A stretch of 63,954 bases of DNA, counting the filler, from Licmophora abbreviata (Eukaryota), in the NCBI GenBank assembly GCA_900291995.1. It is 8 parts of 8 records of this genome, joined end to end, with 100 filler letters (N's around TTAATTAATTAA, not from the genome) between each part and the next. Parts side by side here need not be neighbours in the genome. Positions count along the whole stretch, not along the records: positions 9,275 to 15,233 come from OLMU01004186.1; positions 15,334 to 41,483 come from OLMU01004187.1; 6 more parts are not named here. One strand, written 5' to 3'. Below the pieces are notes generated by a model that saw only the letters and a list, made by a program, of their open reading frames with translations, was not told the DNA's origin and ran no database searches. Position 1 is the stretch's first letter, and each line of letters starts with the position of its first letter. Positions 11,319 through 23,020 of this stretch are shown here, piece after piece. The position numbers and the translations under genes were made by a program.

Positions 11319-13737
11319 ATGATGAAGACCATGCGGCGCCTTTTCCAACAAATATTGCAGTTGCTTGTGCCCCTGTTCCTTGCATCGATATCGCCCACCA
11401 CAGCGGGAGTTCGAGGAGGAACACAGACTGTGCCAGATAGAGTCAATTCAGACGCTGCGAGCCAGAGATACCGCCGCGAACTCATCGATCACAATATTCA
11501 CACTCCGCAGAGTCCCATTCAAAATGTCATGTTGGTGGCGGACGGGCCTCTGGAAGAGCCACATGTCTTGGACACAGAACACATGTTCAAGCACGCGGTG
11601 TTTGCTACCATGGCCACGCATGAGCAAGTCGACCCGACTCCTTCGCCCACAATATCAACACACTACACGCTCAATATTCCAGGAGGCACGGATCAGGATG
11701 CAACCCTAACATACAGCGATATGACCACAATCGGAGGTACCATAGTGAAAGCCCCGAAAGACGGCATGAGGAGTCCCAAAAAGAGCGATAACAGCGACGA
11801 GCCTCTCGACGCGACGCTGGATCTACCCGCAACCTCCTCTTTGGATGAGATCAATATACCTGCCGACGCGGGAACTGCTTCGGATGAACTGCTGGCCTTG
11901 CTTCGTTCCACGAGTCCGTACGACGGTAGTGAGCTTGACGACCAGTCGAGCTATCAATATCAAGCCTACAGGTGGCTACAAGACTTTGACTACAAGCCAC
12001 AGTATGATGACGAATTTGTCCAGCGCTACGCCCTCGTATGTATTTACTTTGCCACAAATGGGGTGAAAAACAAATTTACTTCTCTCATGTCGGGTGACAC
12101 AGTCAAGGGATGGGAAATGTCAAATGATTGGCTGACGGAACAGAATGCGTGTGATTGGTATGGGATCAAGTGCGAACACGATCGAGTGACTACCATCGAA
12201 CTGGATGGAAATGGGTTGACGGGGAAATTTCCTTTGGAAGTGATTTTGCTGAAGGACACTTTAAAATATCTGGATCTATCCAACAACGCTGTGTACAACG
12301 GTCCTGATGACAATGCGTTCCTTGAGCACTTAACGAATTTGGGTAAGTACGAGTAGTGACTCGTGACAGGCTGCATTTGTGCTTGCGGTGACCACGCTTC
12401 CATTGTTTCTATACAGCGAGCGCCCTCACCTTTGATTCATATTTAATTTCTGTCGTGATCGATAGAGAACTTGTACTTGGGACATTCCAACTTTGAATAC
12501 CTGGGTTTGCCTCCTGGGATTGGGAAGCTCTCCAATTTAGGTGAGCGATATGGACCATTTAGCTTGCACGCGCAATTGAATAGCTTCCAGAAGCTGACCC
12601 TTGTTTATCTCTTTGACATGCAGAGGAACTGGACTGCCAGTATACTTTGTACTCGGGACCGCTCGACGGGTTCATTTTCTCAAACATGCCTAACCTGAGT
12701 AAGATATTGCGAGACGAGAGTGGACGGACTGTTTTCGCGCGCTCTAACAGCGTACTTCTGCACCCTCTACATCTGTTCCAGCGACCTTGTACCTCGGTGG
12801 AAACTCTTACAAGTCTTCGATCCCATCCGAAATTGTGAATCTTCCCAGTCTAGGTAGGACGCATAGCCGCATAGCGCACTGCTGATTCGCATCGTCAATG
12901 AGTTTTCAATCTTACGTGTGCCTTTCTCGCGTTGACAGAGGTGATAAATATCGAAGGTGCTGATCTACAGGGGGATCTGTCTTTTCTACCACATATGAAA
13001 AAGATTGGTAGGTCTCGAATGAACGAAAAGTGCAAATGCGTTCTCAGGCACATTCCCTAGCTCACGACCTTTACTCTTTCGTCCTCCGTATTCCACAGAG
13101 GTAGTTATGCTAGACAAAAACCCAGAATTGAAAGGGCCCATTCCAGAGAAGATCGGAAAGCTCGACGAATTAGGTATGAAACGGATTTGCCCATTCTCGA
13201 CTCTCGAACCGTTGGAGTCCCATCTCATGCTTTCTCTCGCTTCTCATTTCGTGGACAGAGCTACTTTCGCTTGCATCATGTGGCGTAAATGGAACTATTC
13301 CGACTCAAATAGGGATGCTGAAAGACCTCGGTAAGTCTCATTGGGTGTCAAAGGGGCCTTCACTATGGCGACGGCGATCTCACAAAGCTACTACTCGGTT
13401 GTCTTAACAGTGTATCTGCGATTGAACGATAACGAAATTATGGGAGAAATCCCTACTCACATTGGAAAACTCAAGAAGCTAGGTAAGTTGTGTCGATGAA
13501 AACAGTGACTGAAAAATACAACGACTGGGCTAAACTAAGTTCCTGAATTGACGTCCCGTCTTTCCGACAGAATCGATGGAATTGCAGATGAATGACGTAT
13601 CAGGCTTCATGCCCGAAGAGGTCTGCTCCCTGCAGCTAGATCTCCTGTTGGCTGACTGCGATCAAGAGATCAAATGCAGTTGCTGTGATATGTGCTACAT
13701 GGATGGTACCATGATGACAAACGAGTGGAGCGTATAG
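11319..13737 (+). CDS. Secreted leucine-rich repeat protein; 9 exons (11319-12342, 12466-12540, 12624-12698, 12782-12853, 12939-13007, 13099-13173, 13259-13330, 13411-13482, 13571-13737)
   Basis: Signal peptide, diatom LRR cap QRYAL..YF.T...C.W.GI.C, plant-type LRRs and C-terminal ADC..C.CC..C. Eight GT-AG phase-1 introns restore one frame. Confidence 0.88.
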
Positions 13738-14322
13738 GCAACGGACAACGGGTTTATGTCTTGGGCAAGCTACAAGAGCGTTAAGCTGGTTAGTACATTA
13801 GGATGACTCTTCGTTCTTAACAATGGCAACAACGCGCATCGCAGTTTTGCATAAATCCTTACGCAATAGAAAAGGTGCTTGTGGTTGTGAGGTCTTGCGT
13901 TACTTTTGTCGGTGTACTTGGTACCGTGTTTATAAAGCCACTGTCATCCCATCTTGCTCTTCAAAACGGTCAAGCTGGTTCGTTTCGACTTGCTCGACTC
14001 GACTCGTTCGAAGATGCCCAGCTCTGTCAATGTCCATGGAAATGTCATACGTACAATAAAAGTCTGTCAATAGCTTGCTGGGCCTAATAAATCCCAGAGC
14101 CATCTTTTCCAGAAAACAGAAAATTCGTTCGCTTTTCTGCCGGCACACAGCATCAGTGTACTGTTTTGAGACAGTGAAGATACATCGTCGTGACGTCTTA
14201 CTCCCTTGCATCTCGAAAGAGAAATCGCCGTCGCCTCACGTAGTCACGTTTGCCTTGCGACAATCTGATCACCATAGGCCCCCCTCCCCCCATCACACAG
14301 TTTCATTCACTGGTTAAATTCC

Positions 14323-15823
14323 ATGAGGGTCGCGATGAAAGAGATTGGGAAAGCGAATTGCCGGGAAGAGGTTCCTGCCATCCCTCAGAAACTGTCACGG
14401 CGAAGACCAGCGGTGCTGGTCCTCCTGCTCATCGCAAACCTCTGGTTGGCGTCGTTTAACATTGTTTGGACTCATGTCTCGGGTCGATTGTCCACAGATT
14501 TCTTCGTATGGCTCGACGAAGCAGAAGAAACGGTGTCGTCAGCCACATATCTTCGCGCCTCGGAACCAAAGCCCTCAGTCGTACTTGCCTCCAATACCAC
14601 TGCTCCAAAAGGCAAAATTGCGTTCATTACCTTTTCGCATCTCATGAACGACACCGAACGCTTTGAAGAAATGGTGATCGGCTCCCTTGATACTTGGCTC
14701 GAAAATGATGTTTACTTTGTTGTTCTAACAAACGAGTCAAAGGAACGATATTCCACATTTTGTGAAACGCACACTTCTCACTGCGATCGTATTCGACCGA
14801 TCTGGACGGACTGTCCTGAAGGTAAATTCCGAGAAGGCCCCTGCTGCAAGCAAGAAAAGGGGCTCTTGTACATGTACGAGAACTATATCGACGAGTATCG
14901 GTGGTTTGCGTTCATGGACGACGACGTGTACATTCGCAAGGAGTACCTAGAAGACCATGTTCGTCCACTGCCCTACCATTCGTCCAACATGATTTTGACA
15001 TCAGGTCGTGATGGAAACATAGCAAAATTGGGAAAGGCCGGTTTCATGCGCCGCAGAAGAGCCCCGTATTGGTGCTCGTACGACGAAGACTTTCAGTATC
15101 CATGGGGACAGCCGGTGGTGTATTCCCAGAGCGCACTCCAACGCATCTCGAATGGATTGCGGCTGGGTGGACTGGTGAAACAGTGTGTCGAGTATGACGT
15201 TACGCATGATGTTGGGAATGCTCTGTTTCATTGNNNNNNNNNNNNNNNNNNNNNNNNNNNNNNNNNNNNNNNNNNNNTTAATTAATTAANNNNNNNNNNN
15301 NNNNNNNNNNNNNNNNNNNNNNNNNNNNNNNNNGTATGACGTTACGCATGATGTTGGGAATGCTCTGTTTCATTGGATGTATCAATTGCCGGAGTCTCGG
15401 ATCTTGGTTTTGGACGACGAAAAGCAGATTGGACCTGAGTTTCTCAACTACCACGCATATCATGGAGGTAAGCACTCGTTAGTGCTGTCTGGGTACGCTG
15501 TCGTTTTTCAGTTAGTAACTTATTGTCTTCATCGCTCACTTCGCATTGCAGTCAACAAGGTCACGCGCATGGCGCCCAAGCGCACCGTCGAACAGTTTAA
15601 CATGTCCGCAATTCACGTACGTCGGATCCAAGCCGAGCAAATTCATTCCTCAAAAATTGAGTACACGTTTCACCATGTGAACGGATTCCGCAAAACAAAA
15701 TCCTTTCTTGACCATGGTGATCCGGCCACATGGACGGAATGGCATACCATGCCAGTGACGGACTGCCAGGGACCATACAACGCTACCACGGCGACAGCGG
15801 ACAAGGAGACAACTTCTGGATAG
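14323..15823 (+). CDS. Type II membrane glycosyltransferase, GT31/Fringe-like; split by an overlapping gap; probable intron 15468-15551
   Basis: N-terminal TM and WFAFMDDDVY DxD motif. 42 bp duplicated on both sides of the gap allows an in-frame join. Confidence 0.75.
15234..15333. other. Assembly gap linker (artefact; flanks overlap by 42 bp)
   Basis: 15192-15233 is identical to 15334-15375. Confidence 0.97.
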
Positions 15824-15871
15824 CGGCAAACAATCACAGCGTATAGAAAACTGCCATAGCTACTGATAGAC

Positions 15872-18427
15872 CTACGTCGTTGTTGTGAGTGACCGGGATT
15901 GCACTGGTAGCATTAAGCCTTCCCACCTCTGGACGTCCCCGTGTCGCCTTCGTTCCCGAACCGCTGATTTCGACACCCTTCTGCTTGATAACAGAAGCTC
16001 AACCTCCAACTTAACGTCGTACGATTCACCGGCGTCATGAACAGCATCAATAATGGCAGGGAACAACTGGCGAGAGTCAATCTCACCACAGTAAACGTCT
16101 ACCAAAGCACCAACTTCAAACGGCAGGGATTCGATTTTTTGTGCAGATCGTCTTGTCGAAAATGTATCCTCTCGAAACATGCGTGAAAACGGTAAGTTCA
16201 CGGTCTTCAAGAAGGCGCCCACCTTTCCACTTTGAGGTCTTATACCTCTCATCGAGAATGTTTTCGATCTCGACGCGCCCAGGGTAGCAATTAGTACAGG
16301 TGCCGCCAGCCCACAAAGGGCAGTCCACTTCTCCTTCGTATCACGACACAGTCCCAGTTGGTAGAACTCAGCGCCTGGCCACGCCGTCACCTTTCCTTGC
16401 AACCAGATCAGCAGTAAATAAGTTCTAGTATAGCTCTCGACTCGATCGTCTGCAAGTTCCTCCCACCCTCCGTCCTGGTTTTGCTGTAGAAATGAGTAAC
16501 CGAGTTCGGTACGGGTCCTCTCCACCGCGCCAGTCACCAGGGCATCCGCAAATAATGAGGCATGTTGGTCCTGACTGTATCTTAGGACATGAGATACATA
16601 CGAAGGTGCGACCTTTCGCAATTCCCGATACCAGCGTCTATTCCCGGGATGGTACTCAAGAAACCTTCCATTGGCTGCGAGATCTGGTGCATCCAACCGA
16701 TCCGACAGTAGTACGTCCCGATAGTCCGGCGCTCCCAAGCCCATTGCGTGGGGTGAAGAAGCGTTCATCGAGATGGTATCATATTCGAATGGTCTATCCG
16801 CTTGTCGCACTCCCCACGGAGATGCGGCAGCTAGCTGCAAGACTGCCCAGGCCACCAGTACGACTGATGCATGTCCCACAACAACCGCCAATGCACATGT
16901 TCGCAGTTGACTTCGCTTGTCCCGGTCATCGTCGTAAGAGCTACCTCCCACGACGACACACACCATCCCCAGGAAAACTCCATACAAGACAGCAACAAAG
17001 AGTCGTATGTTCCGTGCCGTCTCGACCAAGTACACATGCCATGGTGCCTCCGCTTGTTCATCAATGCGTCCCTGTAGCAACCCAGGCAGTTTTCCCAACC
17101 ATCCAATCCGATATCGCCGAAAAGCCTGCAAATCCTGCAGCCGATACCCGAATGCATCGTGCTGCATGCGAAAACAAACGCCTCGAATAAAATCCCAGGT
17201 CGAACTGCCATCATCACTGCTACGGACGATACCCAACGACCGCAATACGGTGTTGGGCGGTGCCATAGTCTTGGCGGGGTCACGTAAATCGCGCCATCCA
17301 AATCCCCAATGATCCCACCGAATCGCATAGACCGATCCACTCGGAAGACTACGAACATAGTCCTTTTGCGACGAACTAACACCACCATCTCCACCAGTAG
17401 TAGTGGTCGCAGTCTCTCGATGACGACTACTGACAAAACTCATAATGAGTACCACTCGATGCTCCCCGCCCATGTGCTCCCCGCCCTTGTGCCGCGCATT
17501 GGCATTGTACAAGAGTGCCGTCCCCGCCTTCCATATCGCACTAGTATTAGTAGGATGAGCGACACTGAATCCCGCACGACGACACACTTGCTCCGCATGG
17601 GTCGTACACCGATGTGTTCCCGGACAAACATGCGTGGCGCCCATGCTGTAGGTCGTATCCTGCAACGGGATGAGCACCGTGTACATGGCAGTAAAGCTGC
17701 GTCCGTATCGAACGCTGCTTGCATCCATGAGTAAGTCGGTATGGTAGTATTGAGACTGGGCGCCTGCGGCTGAGGTGATGGTGGACAGTTCGACCAGAGT
17801 GGGGTTGGGGCCCAGCAGTCGTTCCAAGACACGACCGAGGAGGGCGTGTTGATGCAACTGCGCTAGAGCTGTTGGAATGCTGGGATGTTCTGCCGCGTTC
17901 AATCCGAAGGACCATCGGTTCTGATGGGCAATGACGGGAATGTTTTCCGTTGCCGATATTCTGGCATTTCGCACCAGGATAAACGAGCGCAAATCAAAAG
18001 AGATAGATGAATTCAAGACCCCGGGAAGGACACCCATGCCGTGCCATAGTATCGTATCGACCGCCGAATCGACAGTGGAAAGTGTGGGGCGTACGATCAA
18101 GTCCTCGACACGTTGAGTGGTAACATCTTGGTCGTCGCAACGAAAGAGGGGGTAGGTGGATTCATGCTGTCGTCGTTCGTCGGTCCATTTGACAGTGTGT
18201 AGGTAGGGCAGCATGTACGTTTGATGAAATCGAAGCAAGACATGAACACTGGCAAGTGCTGTGAAAGAGAGTAGAAGCGCAAGACAAGCAATGATCTGGA
18301 GTAGGAGGGGAGCAACCTGTGATAGCTGCGATGAATCTTCAGAACTCCTAGTACTCGTACTGACTTGCCCCGAGCGACGGACGACGCGTCGCGTGACGAC
18401 TGTTTTTTTCACAATCTTGCTAGACAT
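15872..18427 (-). CDS. Membrane protein with a PhyH-like 2OG-Fe(II) dioxygenase domain plus a DUF6824-like domain
   Basis: QYYHTD, LIPLQD, GATHVCPGTH and distal RHKGG. About 3 TM segments. HPGNRRW...FLQQNQDGGWEEL. Confidence 0.75.
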   Translation of the reverse strand: MSSKIVKKTVVTRRVVRRSGQVSTSTRSSEDSSQLSQVAPLLLQIIACLALLLSFTALASVHVLLRFHQTYMLPYLHTVKWTDERRQHESTYPLFRCDDQDVTTQRVEDLIVRPTLSTVDSAVDTILWHGMGVLPGVLNSSISFDLRSFILVRNARISATENIPVIAHQNRWSFGLNAAEHPSIPTALAQLHQHALLGRVLERLLGPNPTLVELSTITSAAGAQSQYYHTDLLMDASSVRYGRSFTAMYTVLIPLQDTTYSMGATHVCPGTHRCTTHAEQVCRRAGFSVAHPTNTSAIWKAGTALLYNANARHKGGEHMGGEHRVVLIMSFVSSRHRETATTTTGGDGGVSSSQKDYVRSLPSGSVYAIRWDHWGFGWRDLRDPAKTMAPPNTVLRSLGIVRSSDDGSSTWDFIRGVCFRMQHDAFGYRLQDLQAFRRYRIGWLGKLPGLLQGRIDEQAEAPWHVYLVETARNIRLFVAVLYGVFLGMVCVVVGGSSYDDDRDKRSQLRTCALAVVVGHASVVLVAWAVLQLAAASPWGVRQADRPFEYDTISMNASSPHAMGLGAPDYRDVLLSDRLDAPDLAANGRFLEYHPGNRRWYRELRKVAPSYVSHVLRYSQDQHASLFADALVTGAVERTRTELGYSFLQQNQDGGWEELADDRVESYTRTYLLLIWLQGKVTAWPGAEFYQLGLCRDTKEKWTALCGLAAPVLIATLGASRSKTFSMRGIRPQSGKVGAFLKTVNLPFSRMFREDTFSTRRSAQKIESLPFEVGALVDVYCGEIDSRQLFPAIIDAVHDAGESYDVKLEVELLLSSRRVSKSAVRERRRHGDVQRWEGLMLPVQSRSLTTTT

Positions 18428-18753
18428 CGGGGGAGTTTCGATTGCTCAGAAGAATATGAAAGAACAATCGGACGATAGGAGAACTCCTCCATGGAGCAGC
18501 AGCTGAACTCATTGCAAGTCAGATTTCAATTGTGGTTGTGAACCAAATTGCAAATTGAGACAGTCTCAAACATCATGGAAAGATCCAGATTCGGTGGAAC
18601 CCGGACGTTGAATCTTGAGACGTACCGTCCGTCCTTCGCACCGACATCGAATGAATGAATCGAATTGAATCAACAATTGACAATCCTGAAATCAATCAGA
18701 AACGACAACAACAACCACTTCTCTTTGAGTCTTCGTTTGCCGCCTCTGTCACG

Positions 18754-19257
18754 ATGCCTTCTCCCTTACAGCGTCCTCAACAGCCACAGTGTGTTCGCGT
18801 CGGTGTGGGAGTACTGGTACGAGACCCAGTACACCCTCACAAGGTCTTTGCCGGAATTCGAAAAGGTTCGCACGGAGCAGAGACACTCGCCCTGCCGGGT
18901 GGCCACCTGGAAGTCTTTGAGAGCTGGCAGCAGTGTGCGACACGAGAAGTGCTCGAAGAAACGAATCTTGCTATACAACATGCTCGATTTGGGCACGTGA
19001 CGAATGACATCATGGAGAGTGAGAACAAACACTATGTCACCATCTTTATGATGGCAGAGTGTGTCGATGCAGAGACCAGACCACTCAATATGGAACCGCA
19101 CAAGTGTGAGGGATGGGACTCTTATTCTTGGAAGGAATTGAAACAACTTTACGATAGCAGTAGCGCGGAGACTTCTAATGAGCTGCAACTCTTTGGTCCA
19201 TTGGCCAAGTTGGTACAGGAAGAGCCTCAGCTCGTCTTGGACTTCCTTGGAAGGTAG
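18754..19257 (+). CDS. NUDT15: Nudix hydrolase (NUDT15/MTH2-like)
   Basis: RVGVGV, RKGSHG, Nudix box GGHLE..ES...CA.REV.EE, HYVTIFM and EPHKCEGW. Alternative start at 18655. Confidence 0.9.
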   Translation: MPSPLQRPQQPQCVRVGVGVLVRDPVHPHKVFAGIRKGSHGAETLALPGGHLEVFESWQQCATREVLEETNLAIQHARFGHVTNDIMESENKHYVTIFMMAECVDAETRPLNMEPHKCEGWDSYSWKELKQLYDSSSAETSNELQLFGPLAKLVQEEPQLVLDFLGR

Positions 19258-19564
19258 CTAGAGAACAGAGAACTGGCACAAGCGCAGCCGTACTGTAGCG
19301 GTAGGAACAAATTGCTGCTGGCGTACGATATCCCCCGACTGACGTCTCCACGTTATAAAATTATGAGTAATGCGAGTAACCCCCAAACTACCACCAGCAA
19401 ACAGAGTGCTGCAATACAGACCGATAGGCTCTCCACCGCTTCTGTCTCCCTCAAACGCGGACTTGCAGCGAGCCAAACTCTAGTAGACTATGAATTTCAC
19501 CCCGTGTCACAACTGCACACCCCTACTTTCCACACACACAAAGATGTACAGCTCGAATGCCTCC

Positions 19565-21051
19565 TTAGAAGGCGACATTACCATCGTATTCACGGATAGG
19601 ACAGCCATCGTATGCACCTACAGGGGTTTCAGCGAGGAACGCGTTTTGCCAGTGAGTTGCCGCATTTTAGACGATCTCAACACCGTCCACTTTCTACGTG
19701 GCCACACTCTGTACGTACCGTACTTGTCGAGACAACTAATCCCGCTTGTACACGAGTCACAAGTCCCACACTCCAGTTCAGCTTCAAGGACACTTGGGCA
19801 TGCTTCACCAACGACACAATCTTCCTCTGCCCACCCGCTCTCGTATTCATAACACCCGCCATTGGTATGGATGCAGCAACCGCATGACTTGTAGCAGTAG
19901 TCCGTACGACTCGGCGACCTATCGCCTCCCGAACATCCTGGAACTTCCGCTCGCTCGTCCTTGTCGCGATGAAAACACTTCAGGTCTCCACTACACTCCG
20001 TATCATCGTCGCAGTCACCTGACAATGAAAGCAAGTTAGAAGATAGAGAAAATTAGAGGTGTTCTCCGTGTAGAGCGATCGAAGTTACCACAAGAGTGTT
20101 CTCACCTTGACAAAGACCACACTTTTCGTCTTCCGTACACTGCCCGACAATTTCCACTGCGGGGTCCTTGGGAGGCGGCTTATAGCAAAAGTCCGTCCTA
20201 GCCGGATCATCGCCACCGCCCATGCAACCAGGAACCAACGCACGATCATCTTCCTCTCGCTGAAAGCATTCGAGGTCACCTTCGCAATCCTTGTCACTGT
20301 CACAGTCGCCTAGTTTGATAGAATAGTTTGGCGTTGCAGTGAGATCAAGAAGAATCGGTTCGCAAATGAGTCTGCTACAATGTCTCATACCTTCACAGTG
20401 ACCGCATGGGTTGGTCTCGTTACACTGTCTCACATACGTTATACTTGGAGGAGTGCTGACAGATCGAACACAGTAATCACTGACAGACAACGTCAAACAT
20501 GAGATCACAAATCAAATACTTGAACAAAGCATGATTTTGTCGTGATTAAGACTTACGTTCTGCTTGGATCGTCTTCTCCCCCGGAACACCCAGGAACAGT
20601 CATGTTCGCTCCGCGTTCTCTTTCGTAGCAGATTAACCCTTCTCCGCATTCATTGTCACTGCTGCAATCGCCTACAAGCACGAAGAGAAAACGAAGGGAA
20701 CAGAATGAGTTTACCAAAATCCTAGGTTTTCGCGATGACAGTCTTCGGTAGTCTTCAAGACGATCTTTGTTCACTAGTCACATGAAATGTACCATAAAAT
20801 TGCACTGTAAGGTGCGACTCACCTTCACACACTGCACAGGGGTCTTCCTCGGTGCATCGCCTGGGGTCTCTCCGAGTAAGCGGTGGCATCAGAGGCGAAT
20901 GCCCCCCACTGTCTGTTGCCAACGAAAAGAGACTGCCCAACGCGTCATATTCTTCATTGCGCAGGAAGTTCCTCAGTGCAAGTGACTGGTGGCACGAGAG
21001 TGCCAGGAGAGTCAAGCAAAGAGCATATCGTCGTATCATCGCCATGGTCAT
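19565..21051 (-). CDS. Frustulin with three acr domains; exons 21051-20823, 20671-20557, 20479-20391, 20309-20106, 20018-19719, 19617-19565
   Basis: Signal peptide. Three C..C(E/Q)G|DC....C...L.C..R......VPGC.GG...P.RTD(Y/F)C units. GT-AG introns keep frame; the last exon is less certain. Confidence 0.85.
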
Positions 21052-21691
21052 TATTCGTGTCAAAACACACGAGCCGAACGAATTGTGACTGACTGGCGAG
21101 CGTTGCAGGTCTTGAAGTCCGTTGGGTGCGATTGATGTTTTATCTGAAGCTTGACCGAGCGAGCCGATCGACAACGAAAATGTCAGTTATCATTATTCCC
21201 ACATGTCAAAGACTTCTACTTATTGGTATTTAAAACATTCATTACTGAACATTCATATAGCACCTGTTCGCGAGGCACGTGTCTCACTTATTACGTGAAG
21301 TGTATTAAGATGCTAATAAAGTAGTCTATTAAATTAATATTCAGCCATGAAACGTTTTAAAGACATAGAATCGGGCTACCGGTACTGGTGTGATATCTTC
21401 CTAATTTCCCAACGTTCGTACTCCGAGTACGACTTAGGCTGTCAACTTGTTGTTACACAGTTTTTATCGGTGACGCCCACCACATCTAGAAACAAACGAT
21501 AAGGAGCAATCTTTTTCAGAGAAAAGCTTCACAAAACAAACTATGCGTGCCGGAAGATCCTCTGTCTCACATTATACATTCTGCAGCCCGCAGCAACACG
21601 ACAACGAGAACTTTCCGAGTGAAGGGGGTTCTCAATAGCCTTTCACAAGTCAACCCAATACTTCCATTTCACCACCACACCGCCTAGCGCC

Positions 21692-23020
21692 ATGGAACCC
21701 GCTGAATCGCCTCGTGCCATCCTTGTTGACTTCGTTCCGTCGACGACTCCCTCGACGAACAAGATTAGCGTAGGGCGAGATCAAGAAGACGACGGTTCAC
21801 TTGCGTCCTTTTTGACGCTCTTTTCGGTAGAGAGCTCCAAGAGCGACGAGGTGGAAGAGGATGAACTTTCGTTCTCTACTCTCTTTTCCATTGACTCGAC
21901 CTATGATTCAAGCGACGATGAGTCTTCCGCAAATCACCATACGAGCCCCCGGCGTCAATTGGCCACGAAGTTCGCCGAGCGGAAGAAACTTCTGCAAAGG
22001 ATCTCGCGAGGCAAGCCGCCAGAGTACGCACGAGTACTCTGGGAGAACGAGAAACTTGTTGAAGAAGAAGCATTTCGCGTCTTGAACGCGGCCGAGGCCA
22101 AGATGGCTACACCTAACAGCCCGCTCTCGCTGGAGCCGCCCAAAGAACTACCTGGGCTGACGAAGGGAACTCTCTCAGAGGACTCATCAACATCGACGGA
22201 AGAGAGCCCCGTCGGGAAAGACGATAAACTCCTTCCACCTGCTTGTCAAGCTCCAAGGTTCGCTTACTCTCTCCATGGATTGTTTCTGTCTGAAGTGAAT
22301 CACACTCTACCAGGATATGTCAACTTCATTCTCTACTGTCTTGCCCACACCTCTATCGCCGACATTGTCTCAAGTGCGATTCGGCAGCTTACCCGAAACA
22401 CCGAATCTACCCTCGGGTTGGATGCTGTCCATCTATGTATTTTAGCCCTAGGACTTGTGCTATCGAGACTGAGTGGAAGTGTCTGGACAGACTACGTTAA
22501 TTCTGCAACGTACTGTTGTGTCAAGTTCGACATGCACAACCGCCTACGGCTCGGGGACACAGACGCACTTTGTCTTCGCTGGTTTCGATGCCATCCTCGC
22601 ATCCGATCGACTGTCGACCTTATTAGTTTCTATTTTTGCCTCACAGGCGTGATCTACTTTCAATTCAAGCTTCTAAAGACGTTCGATATGCGAGAAAGAA
22701 TCTTCAAGGAGCTACCAAGCGCTCCACACCACGACATTATCACACCTGTCACCGGGAAATTGTGGTGTGGGGACCATGAGTTCCCCAGTTACTATGAGCA
22801 CCTTGAAGACATGGATGACGAAAGTCCGCTGGCAAACTATACCATTTTGGACCTCGACTACCTATGGGATAGGCTTTCACCCGAGTCCTACTCCGCTTTG
22901 ATGGGCAGCGAGGAATTCCCTGCAATCGACTTCATCACGGAACTGGGCTTCTACACAGTCTGTGCTGCTGTTCCGCTCATCATCATGGCCAGGATGAACT
23001 TTGACTTTGCGATACATTGA
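21692..23020 (+). CDS. Hypothetical membrane protein (acidic N-terminus, several TM segments)
   Basis: 442-aa intact ORF with hydrophobic segments; no family recognised. Confidence 0.7.
   Translation: MEPAESPRAILVDFVPSTTPSTNKISVGRDQEDDGSLASFLTLFSVESSKSDEVEEDELSFSTLFSIDSTYDSSDDESSANHHTSPRRQLATKFAERKKLLQRISRGKPPEYARVLWENEKLVEEEAFRVLNAAEAKMATPNSPLSLEPPKELPGLTKGTLSEDSSTSTEESPVGKDDKLLPPACQAPRFAYSLHGLFLSEVNHTLPGYVNFILYCLAHTSIADIVSSAIRQLTRNTESTLGLDAVHLCILALGLVLSRLSGSVWTDYVNSATYCCVKFDMHNRLRLGDTDALCLRWFRCHPRIRSTVDLISFYFCLTGVIYFQFKLLKTFDMRERIFKELPSAPHHDIITPVTGKLWCGDHEFPSYYEHLEDMDDESPLANYTILDLDYLWDRLSPESYSALMGSEEFPAIDFITELGFYTVCAAVPLIIMARMNFDFAIH

Noticed and set aside
16492..17190. 232-aa plus-strand ORF and many similar overlapping ORFs (e.g. 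7502..8221, 44780..45505, 53693..54400)
   Set aside because: Antisense or alternate-frame shadows of well-supported genes, with no recognisable motifs
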